This document shows positions 1-10,309 of a DNA stretch of 64,000 nucleotides, one piece after another. The number at the start of each line of letters is the position of its first letter. Positions within the stretch are counted from its first letter, which is position 1. The translations under genes and the position numbers were made by a program. Source of the DNA: a bacterium. GTDB taxonomy: Bacteria; JADJOY01. A model generated the notes under the pieces. That model saw nothing but the letters and a program-made list of their open reading frames with translations. It did not search any database and was not told the DNA's origin. The stretch spans positions 1 through 64,000 of the forward strand of contig JAXLQJ010000045.1 of NCBI GenBank assembly GCA_046331705.1, in the 5' to 3' direction.

Positions 1-1817
1 GCCAGCTCGGGGCCGAGCCATACGCGCTCGGCAGCGGCCCGAAGAAAGCGACTGTTCCAAGCGCGGCCGCCACAGGACTCGCCGCGCACGCCACACGCTT
101 GCTCGTAGGGATTGCCGATCCAGTCGTAGGGCGCCGGCGCCCAGGCCCAGCGCGCCGCGAATCCCTGGAGACCATCCGCCTTCACCATCAGCTCGTCGAT
201 CAGCTCCGCTGCGACACGTTCACCCGCGTCGATGGCGCCGCAGTCGAGGCCGTCGAGGGAGAGCCAGAACAGCACGTGAGGCGCGAACGGCTCGACTTCC
301 TCTTCCCGAAATCGATGCGCGGACTGCCAGCCGAAGCCGTCTCCGAAATCCCGATCGAGACGCGTGGGGCCGGCGAGCGCGCCTCGGCTCGCAACCCACG
401 AGCGCGCCTTCGCGACCTTGGCGCGCACGCTCGGCCACGCGTCGATCTCCGCTGTGCGCTGGCCCTCGATGCGCGTGGGCTTGGGCGTCGTCGATCGACC
501 GAGCACCGCCGAAACCTCGAAGGGGCCCGGGCGCACCTGCGCGACGAAGTCGTGCCAGCGCTCGAACGCGGCAACGACCACCGGCGCGCTCGCGGCGTGC
601 TCCCGGCCGAGCACCGCGCACGCCACCAACACCCGCGGCGTGGAGATCTGGGCCAGCAGGAGCTCCGTGTGCTGCGCGCGATTCGAATCGCCGGAGCGCT
701 CGTGGCGCAGCGGCCGGTGCAGCGTGACGGGCACCGTCGGCTCGGGATTCTTGGCGTGTACCTGAAACGCACCTGCCGCCGCTGGATCGAGCGGATGTCC
801 GATCGCAGCCACGCCGAGGAAGAACGGTGCCTCACCCGCTCGCTCGACGATGCCATGCGCCCCTGCGCCTAGCGCGTCGCGAAACGCCGCGGCATGCGGC
901 GCGCCCTGCGGAATGCTCCTGTCGGGAAAGCGTGCGACCCAGACGGTCTGCCCGTTCAGCTCCCTGGCCGCGAACGGCGCCTCGTGGACCGCGCCGGCGT
1001 GAAGGCTTCGGGGCTCGATCACCCGTGCGGTGAGGAGCCGAATCAAGCCCATGTCCAGCGCCGGACCCCAGGCGGCGACGACATAGCCGGTGAACGCCGC
1101 GCCCTCGTTCTGCACCCAGAGCATCGGCTGAAGCGGCTGACCGACGGTGGCCGCCGCGGGACCCGCGGAGCCGCGCTGACGCAGCGTCGGCTTCGGGGAT
1201 TCGCCGCCGGCGGCGAGCGGCGCGCGGCGGAACCGCAGCTCCGTGAGCCCATCGAGATCGACGTCGCTCAGATGGTCGAACCCGACCGCGACGCGTTCGG
1301 GCTCCCATCCCACGACGTCGGCAAGCTCGCCGAGCTTCTCCTCGACGAACACCTCGTCGTGCGCGAGCGCCGCGGCGACGTCCGCCACGGTCTTTCCGGG
1401 CAGGAGCACTCGCTGCCAGCCCACCAGCGCGGCGGCCTTGGGCCGGCGCGGCTGCTCCGGATCACGCAGGTAAGACGCACGCCGCGCGCCACCTTCGAAC
1501 AATCCCAGGACGAGATGGTCGCTGTCGAAGACCTGCACCGAGACCGTGGGCTGGTCGATGGCGCTCGAGAGCGCGGCGGCGAGGGCGTCGAGATGGCTCG
1601 CGTCGAGGTCCTCGGTGGCCTGGTCGTAGATCGCGATCCACCGACCGGGCGGGCCAACCACCACGCGGCGGTCCACGCTCGCCTCGGGCGCGTCGTCCAG
1701 CTCCAGCCAACCGGTGCCCGCGAGCCGCGTGCGCACAGCCGCCAGCACTCGCGCGTGAACGGCGTCCCGATCGCGTTCGTCGGCGAATACCTGAAGGTTC
1801 GTGAAGCTCGCTCCCAT
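1..1817 (-). CDS. Hypothetical protein of at least 605 aa, running off the left edge; absent from the ORF track
   Basis: The minus frame is open from ATG 1817 (GGAG RBS upstream) to the window edge. It reads MGASFTNLQVFADERDRDAV...WIAIYDQATED...RFLRAAAERVWLGPELA. The + ORFs 99..872 and 894..1967 are its codon-aligned shadows. Confidence 0.75.
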   Translation of the reverse strand, partial: MGASFTNLQVFADERDRDAVHARVLAAVRTRLAGTGWLELDDAPEASVDRRVVVGPPGRWIAIYDQATEDLDASHLDALAAALSSAIDQPTVSVQVFDSDHLVLGLFEGGARRASYLRDPEQPRRPKAAALVGWQRVLLPGKTVADVAAALAHDEVFVEEKLGELADVVGWEPERVAVGFDHLSDVDLDGLTELRFRRAPLAAGGESPKPTLRQRGSAGPAAATVGQPLQPMLWVQNEGAAFTGYVVAAWGPALDMGLIRLLTARVIEPRSLHAGAVHEAPFAARELNGQTVWVARFPDRSIPQGAPHAAAFRDALGAGAHGIVERAGEAPFFLGVAAIGHPLDPAAAGAFQVHAKNPEPTVPVTLHRPLRHERSGDSNRAQHTELLLAQISTPRVLVACAVLGREHAASAPVVVAAFERWHDFVAQVRPGPFEVSAVLGRSTTPKPTRIEGQRTAEIDAWPSVRAKVAKARSWVASRGALAGPTRLDRDFGDGFGWQSAHRFREEEVEPFAPHVLFWLSLDGLDCGAIDAGERVAAELIDELMVKADGLQGFAARWAWAPAPYDWIGNPYEQACGVRGESCGGRAWNSRFLRAAAERVWLGPEL

Positions 1818-2074
1818 GGATTGGGCTCCTGCGTGGCCCGCCGAAGCGCGGCCATCCAAAGCCTCGAGCCAGCCGCTCCAGCCGCTCGACCCCGAGGGCG
1901 ACGCGACCGATGGGCATCGACACGCACTCCCGGATCGAACGATGCCGCACGGCCCGTCGAGCCGTGACAACGAATTTTGCGAGACCGACACACGTCAGAC
2001 GAACGGAACGCGTAGAGTACGCCTCGTTCGCGTTCGACGCATCTCGAACCGCGGCCTCCGAGCTCGGACACCTC

Positions 2075-3832
2075 GTGGCCATCGCGGACAAGCCCACCGA
2101 GCCGCCCCACAAGGCGTGGGGCGACGATCACGCTGCGATCCACCGCCGGACTCCCCTCGGTTGGGTCGACGCGGCGGTGGTGTTGGCGCTGAGCGGCGTG
2201 CTCTTCGGCCTGCTGGCGCTGGCTCGTGATTCGACGGCCGCATACCGGCCAACGGCGGAGATCTCGCTCTCCCCCGCCGCGTTACCCGTCTACACGTTGC
2301 TATCGCTGGCGCGCGGGCTGGTGGCGTACGGCTGCTCGCTCGGCTTCACGCTCGTCTACGGATACTGGGCGGCCAAGGACCACGTCGCCGAGCGCGTGCT
2401 CGTCCCGCTCCTCGACATCCTGCAGAGCATCCCGGTGCTCGGTTTCATGCCGGGGGCGGTGCTCGGCCTGGTCGCGCTCTTCCCGCGCTCGAACCTCGGT
2501 CTCGAGCTCGCCGCGGTGTTGATGATCTTCACCGGCCAGGCCTGGAACATGACCTTCAGCTACTACCACTCGCTGCGCTCGATCCCCACCGATCTGCGCG
2601 AGGTGGCCGAGGTCTACCAGCTCGGTTGGTGGCGGCGGCTGCGCCGCCTGGAGCTGCCGTTCGCGACCATGGGCCTGGTGTGGAACAGCATGATGAGCAT
2701 GGCGGGCGGCTGGTTCTTCCTGATGGTGAGCGAGTCGTTCGTGCTCGGCGACAAGGACTTTCGCCTGCCGGGCATCGGCTCCTACATGAGCCTGGCGGTC
2801 GCTCGCGGCAACGTGCCCGCGATGCTCGCGGCGATCGTCGCGATGGTGATGATGATCGTGGCGCTGGATCAGATCCTGTGGCGCCCGGTGGTGGTGTGGG
2901 CACAGCGGTTCCGCGTCGAGGAAAGCGCAGCGGCGGGAGCGCCGACCTCGTGGTTTCTCGATCTCGTGCGCCGCTCGACGCTGGTGCGGGCGGGGCGCAA
3001 GCGGTGGCGCGCGTTGCGCGAGCGCGCGGCGCGGCGGCCGCGCCGCGCCGCACCTGCGAGCGCCGGCGAGATGCGCGGACGCCCGCGGCTGCTCTGGACG
3101 CAAGCGTCGCGCGTGACGTTCGTCGCGTTCCTGGCGCTGCTCGCGCTGGGCGGAGCCAAGCTCGGCGCGATGCTCTGGCACGTGAAGGTCGGCGATTGGA
3201 TCGAGATCGGCGGCAGCGCGGGCCTCACCCTGCTACGGGTGCTCGCGGCCACCGCCATCGGCACGCTGTGGGCCGTACCCGCGGGGCTCGTCATCGGGCT
3301 CTCGCCTCGGCTCGCGAACGTGCTCCAGCCGGTGGTGCAGGTGGTGGCGTCGTTTCCCGCCCCCATGCTCTTTCCCCTGGTCATCGCGCTGCTCGCCGCC
3401 ATGGGCGTGAGCTTGGGCTGGGGCAGTATCGTGCTCATGCTGCTCGGCACCCAGTGGTACATCCTGTTCAACGTGGTGGCGGGCGCGATGGGCATTCCCT
3501 CCGACCTGCGCGAGGCCGCCGCGTCGTTCGGGATCCGCGGCTGGCTGCGGGCGCGCTCGGTGCTGCTGCCGGCGATCTTCCCGCAGCTCGTGACCGGGTG
3601 GGTGACGGCGGCGGGCGGCGCGTGGAACGCGAGCATCGTCGCCGAATACGTGACGTTCCGGGGCAAGACGCTCACCGCGCCCGGGCTGGGCTCGATGATC
3701 TCGTCGGCCGCCGAGCGCGCCGACTTCCCTCGGCTCGCGGCAGCGGTCGCGGTGATGGCGCTGGTGGTGGTGGTCTTCAACCGCAACGTGTGGCGACGGC
3801 TCTACCAGCTGGCCGAGACGAGGTACCGATGA
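2075..3832 (+). CDS. ABC transporter permease, NitT/TauT family, two fused permease domains
   Basis: LDILQSIPVLGF, GQAWNMTFS and GGWFFLMVSE motifs; two EAA-like loops (DLREVAEVY, DLREAAASF); many TM segments. GTG start at 2075 is inferred. Confidence 0.9.
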   Translation: MAIADKPTEPPHKAWGDDHAAIHRRTPLGWVDAAVVLALSGVLFGLLALARDSTAAYRPTAEISLSPAALPVYTLLSLARGLVAYGCSLGFTLVYGYWAAKDHVAERVLVPLLDILQSIPVLGFMPGAVLGLVALFPRSNLGLELAAVLMIFTGQAWNMTFSYYHSLRSIPTDLREVAEVYQLGWWRRLRRLELPFATMGLVWNSMMSMAGGWFFLMVSESFVLGDKDFRLPGIGSYMSLAVARGNVPAMLAAIVAMVMMIVALDQILWRPVVVWAQRFRVEESAAAGAPTSWFLDLVRRSTLVRAGRKRWRALRERAARRPRRAAPASAGEMRGRPRLLWTQASRVTFVAFLALLALGGAKLGAMLWHVKVGDWIEIGGSAGLTLLRVLAATAIGTLWAVPAGLVIGLSPRLANVLQPVVQVVASFPAPMLFPLVIALLAAMGVSLGWGSIVLMLLGTQWYILFNVVAGAMGIPSDLREAAASFGIRGWLRARSVLLPAIFPQLVTGWVTAAGGAWNASIVAEYVTFRGKTLTAPGLGSMISSAAERADFPRLAAAVAVMALVVVVFNRNVWRRLYQLAETRYR

Positions 3833-5121
3833 GCACGGCACCGCTCTGCGAGCTGCGCGGCGTGGCCCACGACTTCGCGATGCCCGGTGGCGAGCCGCAC
3901 CGGGTGATCGACCACATCGACCTCGCGATCCTGCCCGACGAGATCGTGGCGCTCCTCGGCCCGTCGGGATGCGGCAAATCGACGCTGCTGCGGATCCTCG
4001 CCGGGCTCATCCGCCCCACCCACGGCGAGGTGCTCCATCACGGCCAACCACTCACCGGCCGCAATCCGGGAGTGGCGATCGTGTTCCAGAGCTTCGCGCT
4101 CTATCCGTGGCTCACCGTGCGGAGGAACGTGGAGCTGGTGCTCGAGGCCAGCGGGCAAGCGCCCGAGGCGATCGAGAAGCGCGCCGACGAGGTCATCACC
4201 TCGGTCGGCCTGGGCGGCTTCGGCGACGCGTATCCACGCGAGCTCTCGGGCGGCATGAAGCAGCGCGCGGGGATGGCGCGGGCGCTGGCGGTCGATCCCG
4301 AGCTGCTCTTCATGGACGAACCCTTCAGCCACGTGGACGCGCTCACCGCCGAGAGCCTGCGCGCGGAAGTGGTGGACATCTGGTCGTCCACCGAGCGCAA
4401 CCCCTCGGCGATCGTGCTGGTGAGCCACGACATCAAGGAAGTGGCGTGGATGGCGGATCGCATCGTGGTGCTGGGAGCGAACCCGGGTCGCGTGCGCACC
4501 ATCGTGGCGAACCCCTTGCCGCGCCCGCGCGACTACCGCTCGCGCGAGCTCGCCGAGCTCATCGATCAGCTTCACGACATCATCACCGGCCACGAGCTGC
4601 CCGATGCGCCTTCGCCGGCGGCCGCCGGCGCGCCGACGGTGATCGAGCCGATCCCCGAGGCCACGCCGAGCGAGATCATCGGCTTGCTCGAATACCTCGA
4701 CGCGCGCGGCGGCCGCGAGGACGTGTTCCGCATCGCCTCCGACACGGCGCGCGAGTTCGGCCACGTGATCGCGATCGTGCAGGCCGCGGAGCTGCTCGAT
4801 CTCGTGGACACACCGCGCCGAGCGGTGATCCTCGAGCCGGCCGCCCGCGAGTTCCTCGCCGCCACGCCCGAGGTCCGCAAGGCGCTCTGGGCAAAGCGGA
4901 TCGCGAGCCTCGGGCTCTTCGCCGCGGTGCGCGCGCTGGTCGAGGGCAGCAAGGGCCAGGCGGTCGACCGCGAGCAGGTCCTCGAGCTCATCGTCCTGCA
5001 GATGCCGCAGGAGGACTACGAGCGCATCTTCGATCGGCTGGTGCGCTGGTGCCGGTTCGGCGACTACCTCGCTTACGACGAGAGCACGGGCCGTCTCTCG
5101 CTTCCCGAGCCACCCGGCTGA
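3829..5121 (+). CDS. ABC transporter ATP-binding protein, NitT/TauT family, with C-terminal AAA-associated domain
   Basis: Walker A GPSGCGKST, signature LSGGMKQR, Walker B LLFMDEPF, H-loop. ATGA overlap with the permease stop. Confidence 0.93.
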   Translation: MSTAPLCELRGVAHDFAMPGGEPHRVIDHIDLAILPDEIVALLGPSGCGKSTLLRILAGLIRPTHGEVLHHGQPLTGRNPGVAIVFQSFALYPWLTVRRNVELVLEASGQAPEAIEKRADEVITSVGLGGFGDAYPRELSGGMKQRAGMARALAVDPELLFMDEPFSHVDALTAESLRAEVVDIWSSTERNPSAIVLVSHDIKEVAWMADRIVVLGANPGRVRTIVANPLPRPRDYRSRELAELIDQLHDIITGHELPDAPSPAAAGAPTVIEPIPEATPSEIIGLLEYLDARGGREDVFRIASDTAREFGHVIAIVQAAELLDLVDTPRRAVILEPAAREFLAATPEVRKALWAKRIASLGLFAAVRALVEGSKGQAVDREQVLELIVLQMPQEDYERIFDRLVRWCRFGDYLAYDESTGRLSLPEPPG

Positions 5122-5217
5122 TTCGCGGGAACGGCTTGGGGGTGCGCGGCATGCGGGCTAAAGTCCGCGATCCCCCGCAGGCCGATCCGCGAACGCGAGC
5201 GCGAGAGGAGCGTCCCC

Positions 5218-6222
5218 ATGCCGAACGAAACCGGAATCGTCCCCTTCTGGAAAGGTTACGACCGCAAGGGCGTGCTGCGTTTCGCGCAGATGGCCGAGGA
5301 TCTCGGCTACCACTCGATCTGGTTGCCCGAGGCATGGGGCTACGAGCAGTTCCAGCTCTTGACCGAGATCGCGGTCCACACCAAGCGCATCAAGCTCGCC
5401 ACCGGCATCACCAACATCTTCAGCCGTTCGGCGGCGCTCTTGGCGATGACGGCGGCCACGCTGGACGAGATCTCCGAGGGGCGCGTGATCCTCGGGCTCG
5501 GCACCAGCGGCAAGAAGGTGATCGAGAACCTGCACGGCCAGAAGTTCGAGAAGCCGCTGACGCGCATGCGCGAGACGGTCGGCATCGTGAACGCGCTGAT
5601 CGCGGGGAAGCGTCTCAGCCCGGACATGAGCACGCTCTTCGAGGCGCGCAACTTCAAGCTCGAGATGACGCCATTCCGGCCGCACATCCCCATCCACATC
5701 GCCTCCCTCAACGACAAGGCGATCGTCCAGACCGGCGAGATCGCCGATGGCTGGATGCCCACGTTCTGGCCGTACAAGCACTTCGCGGACGCCATCGCGC
5801 TGCTCGAGCAGGGCGCCAAGAAGGCGGGGCGCGACGTGAGCCAGATCGAGATCTCGCCGTTCGTGACGGTGGTGCCGATGGACGACGTCGGCTTCGCGCG
5901 CTCGATCGTGAAGCCGCTGGTGAGCTTCTACATCGGCGGCATGGGCGACTATTACCACAACATGTTCTGCCGTTTCGGCTTCCAGGAGAACGCGGATCAC
6001 GTGCTCGCGACCTACAACGGTCCCGACCGCGCCAACGCTCCCGAGGCCGTGAGCGACGAGCTCATCGACGCCATCGCCATCTGCGGTCCGACGAGCCACT
6101 GCCGCGAGAAGCTGGCCGAGTGGCGAACCTACGGCCTCGGCACGGCGATCCTCGGCCTGCCGACCAGCGCGCCGCCCGAGTACACCGAGCAATTCCTCAA
6201 GGATCTGGCGCCGGCGCGCTGA
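5218..6222 (+). CDS. LLM-class flavin/F420-dependent oxidoreductase
   Basis: AEDLGYHSIWLPE, TKRIKLATGI, TLDEISEGRVILGLG and GEIADGW are luciferase-like motifs; GAGGAG RBS. Confidence 0.9.
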   Translation: MPNETGIVPFWKGYDRKGVLRFAQMAEDLGYHSIWLPEAWGYEQFQLLTEIAVHTKRIKLATGITNIFSRSAALLAMTAATLDEISEGRVILGLGTSGKKVIENLHGQKFEKPLTRMRETVGIVNALIAGKRLSPDMSTLFEARNFKLEMTPFRPHIPIHIASLNDKAIVQTGEIADGWMPTFWPYKHFADAIALLEQGAKKAGRDVSQIEISPFVTVVPMDDVGFARSIVKPLVSFYIGGMGDYYHNMFCRFGFQENADHVLATYNGPDRANAPEAVSDELIDAIAICGPTSHCREKLAEWRTYGLGTAILGLPTSAPPEYTEQFLKDLAPAR

Positions 6223-7618
6223 CCTCGGCGTCCCCGTGCGGTGCGAGCGCGGCGCGCATGGCACGCGCGCGCTCGACGCTCGCCACCGCGAGGAACGGCA
6301 ACGCCGCGGCGTAGAGCCAGAGCTTCGCCAGCACCCGCCCGCCCAGCCCGGGCGAGCCAGCGAGCGCCCACACCGTCGGCGCCAGCAGCACCGACGCCAG
6401 CACGAAGAGCGGCAGCGACCCGCGCCACATCGCATCGGCGGAGCCCGTCATCCTCGCGCCGGCGCTCAGGCTCGGCGCGAACCAGCGACCCTTGTAGGTC
6501 GTGCCTTCGACCAAGAAGAGGTTCACGTAAGCGGGCCACACGCGCGCGAAGCCGTAGAGCGCGACCACCGCGCCGGCCGCGAACCACGCCTCGACCTGCC
6601 AAGGCAGCTCCGCCAGGTCGCGTCGATATCCGCCGTACGCGGCGGCGACGGCCGCGGACGCCGCCAGCGCCACCAGGCCCGAGAGCCAGAGCGCGATGCC
6701 CACGAACGTGGAGAGCGCGACGCGCTCGAAGCCGTACCGCAGCGGGCTCTGCGCGGTGATCCCGAGCGCGCGCGCCGCGCCTCCCATGAGCCACCACGCC
6801 GACGCGAAGAACCAGAGCGGCCAGGCGACGACGCTGGCGCCAGCCGCGCTCGACGCCGACAGAAACTCGGTGAAGACCACGATCAGCGCGATGCCCGGAA
6901 GCAAGCGCGGATAGCCCGCGCCGAAACGCGTCACGAGTCGCCGGAGGTCGAGCGGCGCGACCGCGGCACGACGCGCGCCGCGCGCGGCGGGATCGACGAA
7001 GCCGCGCTGCGCCCAGGCCCGCGGGTCGTTCCGGAGGACGAAGAACGCCAGGATGCAGAAGTAGATGCCGGCGCCCGCCGTCACCAGCGCACCCGTCGAC
7101 ACCGCCTCGTCGAGGCCCCCGTAACGCGACGAGAGCACGAAGGCGAGAACCGTGGCGCCGAGCGCCGCCAACGCCTGCACGCGAAACGCGAGTCGCCAAT
7201 AGGCGCCGAGCCGCTCGTGCTGCTTCGGGGTTCGGGCGCGGCCGTCCCAGGCCCACCAGATGCGGCGCGCCAGCATCGCGATCCAGAGGATCCCCGAGCG
7301 CGGCGACGCGGCGGCACCGAGGACGATGGACACGATCAGCGCCGGCGCGCTCACCGCCAGCCCGAGCGCGCCCCAACCCATCGCCACCAGCGACCTCGTC
7401 GAGGCCTTCCGCGCCGACGCGCCGCCGAGCCAGACCATCCGTTGCAGCGCGAGGCCGAAGCCCTCGATGGCGACGAGGATCAGCGCCTCGAAGAGCGCCG
7501 AGCCGTGCTGCGCATCGAACGCCGTCCGTGCCGCTCGCATGCACTGATACGCGAAGGCCAGCTCGACGAATGCAGCGAGCGCGCTACGCGGCGTGACCCG
7601 TCCGAGAATCCAGCGCAT
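6197..7618 (-). CDS. Hypothetical polytopic membrane protein
   Basis: About 470 aa with roughly 12 hydrophobic segments; no family motif recognised. Start may be 7627. Confidence 0.65.
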   Translation of the reverse strand: MRWILGRVTPRSALAAFVELAFAYQCMRAARTAFDAQHGSALFEALILVAIEGFGLALQRMVWLGGASARKASTRSLVAMGWGALGLAVSAPALIVSIVLGAAASPRSGILWIAMLARRIWWAWDGRARTPKQHERLGAYWRLAFRVQALAALGATVLAFVLSSRYGGLDEAVSTGALVTAGAGIYFCILAFFVLRNDPRAWAQRGFVDPAARGARRAAVAPLDLRRLVTRFGAGYPRLLPGIALIVVFTEFLSASSAAGASVVAWPLWFFASAWWLMGGAARALGITAQSPLRYGFERVALSTFVGIALWLSGLVALAASAAVAAAYGGYRRDLAELPWQVEAWFAAGAVVALYGFARVWPAYVNLFLVEGTTYKGRWFAPSLSAGARMTGSADAMWRGSLPLFVLASVLLAPTVWALAGSPGLGGRVLAKLWLYAAALPFLAVASVERARAMRAALAPHGDAEVSAPAPDP

Positions 7619-7689
7619 GCCGTGCACGTCGCTTCCGTTTCGACGAATCCAGGTTGGACGGCTACGGTCTCGCGCGGCGGAGAGAGAGA

Positions 7690-8400
7690 ATGCTGACTCG
7701 TTGGCTACGACGCGGGATCGGCCGCTCGCTGCGCTGGTTGCTCGCGGGATCGGTGTTGCTCGTGATCTCGATCGCGGCGCTGCGGGTGGCGGATCCTCCC
7801 TTCACCCCGCGCTCGGTGTTCCGCCGTCTCGGCGCCGTGGTGTCGCGAACGCCGGTGCCGCCATCGGCCTCGAGAGTCACGCTCCGCGAGCTGCCGCGCC
7901 ATCTGATCCGCGCCCTCCTGGTGGCCGAGGATGCTCGTTTCTACCAGCACCATGGCTTCGATTGGGAGGAGATCCGCAAGGTCGCCGAGTCCGACGAGAT
8001 CGCGCGCGGCGCCTCCACCATCACGATGCAAGTGGCGCGGAACGTCTTCCTGTGGACCGGACCGCGGCTGCGCGCCCCACGCAAGGCCGGCGAGATCGCG
8101 ATCACGCCGCTGCTCGAGTGGCTGCTCACGAAGGAGCGGATCCTCGAGCTCTACTTCGATTGGTGCAGCTTCGGGCCCGGCACGATCGGGATCGGCGAGG
8201 CCGCCCACGCCGCCTTCGGGGTGACACCCGCGAATCTCGACGTCACCCAATCGGTCTATCTGGTGGCCTGCCTGCCCAACCCGGACCTCTACTGCGGCGC
8301 CCGATCGTCGCGGCGTCACGCGGCGCGCATGCGCTGGATTCGCGCTCGGATGAACGCCGCTGGCGCCGTGGCCGAGCCGGCTCGCGGCCGCGGCCGGTGA
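7690..8400 (+). CDS. mtgA: Monofunctional peptidoglycan transglycosylase (GT51)
   Basis: EDARFYQHHGFD, GASTITMQVARNVFL, RKAGE and KERILELY motifs; N-terminal TM; no transpeptidase domain. Confidence 0.88.
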   Translation: MLTRWLRRGIGRSLRWLLAGSVLLVISIAALRVADPPFTPRSVFRRLGAVVSRTPVPPSASRVTLRELPRHLIRALLVAEDARFYQHHGFDWEEIRKVAESDEIARGASTITMQVARNVFLWTGPRLRAPRKAGEIAITPLLEWLLTKERILELYFDWCSFGPGTIGIGEAAHAAFGVTPANLDVTQSVYLVACLPNPDLYCGARSSRRHAARMRWIRARMNAAGAVAEPARGRGR

Positions 8401-8418
8401 GCGCGCTCGCGAGCGGGC

Positions 8419-9084
8419 TCAGAAGCCGGAGAAGAAGTCGGTTCCGCCCGTCGCTTCCGCCTGCTGCTGGCGGATAAGGACTTCCTCGTCGCTCTCGAGC
8501 ACGTTCTGACGCTCGACCTTCTTGGTGCGACGCATGCGCTTGCGGTCTTCGTCCAGAGCCCAGATCGAGAGCCGCGGCGCACCGCCGCCGGTGATGTCAC
8601 CGAGCTCGAGCCCGCGATCGAGCTTGCCCTTGGTGAGCGGCGAGCCTTCCAGCCGCGTCGTCGAGATGTCGACGCTGACGTCGAACGAGCCGCTGATGTC
8701 GCCTTCCTTGGTCAATGCCAGCGGGTCTTTCGCGTTGGCGCGACGACGGTGCTTGCCGTCCGTGAGCCGCGTGAGCGGCGCGCGCTGCGCGGCCGCGGCA
8801 TCGCGCTCGCGCTCGAGCGCCTTCTTCAGGTTGACCGGATTGTAGGGATTCTCGGACCAGTCGCCGCCGAACCCGCCAGCGCCGACCTCGCGTCGCTCGT
8901 CGTCCTCGTAGCCTTTCGCCTCGGGAAACACCCACGTGCTGTAGGTGCGGCGCTGTTCCTCGAGCGCGGGCGGGATCGGGTTGAGCAGCGGCTGCGTGAA
9001 CGCAGCGATCTGTGCCGACGCCTGGGCGGCCGTCAGCACACATCCGAGCGCGAGGCCCGGCACGAGGAGGCGAAAGCGGCTCAT
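8419..9084 (-). CDS. Hypothetical exported protein
   Basis: Signal peptide MSRFRLLVPGLALGCVLTAAQASA; protein-like composition; GGGAG RBS. Confidence 0.7.
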   Translation of the reverse strand: MSRFRLLVPGLALGCVLTAAQASAQIAAFTQPLLNPIPPALEEQRRTYSTWVFPEAKGYEDDERREVGAGGFGGDWSENPYNPVNLKKALERERDAAAAQRAPLTRLTDGKHRRRANAKDPLALTKEGDISGSFDVSVDISTTRLEGSPLTKGKLDRGLELGDITGGGAPRLSIWALDEDRKRMRRTKKVERQNVLESDEEVLIRQQQAEATGGTDFFSGF

Positions 9085-9266
9085 CGACTCCCAGGCTAGC
9101 GCCACAGCCGCACGCGGAACAAGCGCGGCGATCGGGGCGATCGGGGAATCCTCGCCGCCTCGCCGGCGGGCCGGGCTCACCGTCGGGGCACCGCTCGATC
9201 GCCGCTCGATCGGGCAGCCGGGCCGAGCGAGCTGTGGTATCCCACGCGGACCCCTCGAGATCGCTC

Positions 9267-10250
9267 ATGGCACGCACGGGACTGCTGCTCGTCAACCTCG
9301 GCACGCCCGCCGCGCCGCGCACGCGCGAGGTGCGTACGTATCTCCGCGAGTTCCTGTCGGACCCGCGCGTCCTCGACATGCCCGCGCTCGGTCGCGCGCT
9401 CTTGCTCTACGGCGTGATCCTGCCGTTTCGCCCCAGCAAGTCCGCGGAGGCCTACCGCAAGGTGTGGACGGACCGCGGCTCGCCGGTGCTCTTCCACGGG
9501 CTCGATCTGGCGGCGAAGGTCCGCGGCGCGCTCGGCCCCGAGATCCCGGTCGAGCTGGCGATGCGCTACCAGCGGCCCAGCATCGCCGAGGTGCTGGACA
9601 AGCTGCGTGCCGAGCGCGTCGACAGGATCGTGGCGATGCCGCTCTTCCCGCACTACTCCTCGGCGGCGTGGGGCTCGGCGGCGGAGAAGGTCGCGCTCGA
9701 AGCGAGCCGACGCTGGAACGTCCCGGCGCTCCAGTTCGTTCCGCCGTTCTACGAGCACCCAGCGTTTCTGGAAGCGTTGGCCCGCACCGCACGACCCGCG
9801 CTCAGCGCCTTCCGTCCCGATCGCGTGCTCGTGAGCTTCCACGGCTTGCCGGAGCGGCAGGTACGCAAGAGCGACGAGAGCGCCGCGGGCGACCACTGTC
9901 TCGCGAGCGCGGGCTGCTGCGACTCGATCGGCGCGGCGAATCGCCACTGCTATCGCGCCCAATGCTTCGCGACGGCGCGCGGCGTGGCGGCCCGCTGCCT
10001 GGGCCGGCGGACGCCGTGGATCCGGCCCTTCCTGGGCTGGTAGTGCACCGGCCAGCGAGCGCCGGCGTGTGACGGCTCGCGGTGCTCTGCCCGGCGTTCG
10101 TGGCGGACTGCCTCGAGACCCTCCACGAGATCGGCATCCGCGCCCGCGACGATTTCCGTGCCCGCAGCGGCGAGGAGCTGCTGCTGGTTCGGCGCTCGTG
10201 CCCGCGACGTGTAGGTGGACGCGCTGGTGATCCAGATCGTCCGCAACCGA
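9267..10250 (+). pseudogene. hemH: Ferrochelatase with frameshifted and partly deleted C-terminal quarter (pseudogene or sequence error)
   Basis: LLLVNLGTP, YLREFLSDPRV, LAMRY, PLFPHYS and SFHGLP are in frame up to about 9995. The FQSR motif is missing before ...TPWIRPF. VLCPAFVADCLETLHEI continues in another frame from 10082. Confidence 0.85.
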
Positions 10251-10309
10251 TCTCCTGGCCGGCATGGTCGGCGCCGCCCAGCGGCGGCGTACAAGCCGAC
10301 CTGCCGGGC

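Noticed and set aside
9995-10250. Programmed frameshift or stop-codon recoding in hemH
   Set aside because: There are several shifts plus missing conserved residues, and neighbouring genes are equally damaged. No single slippery site or in-frame Sec/Pyl codon explains it.
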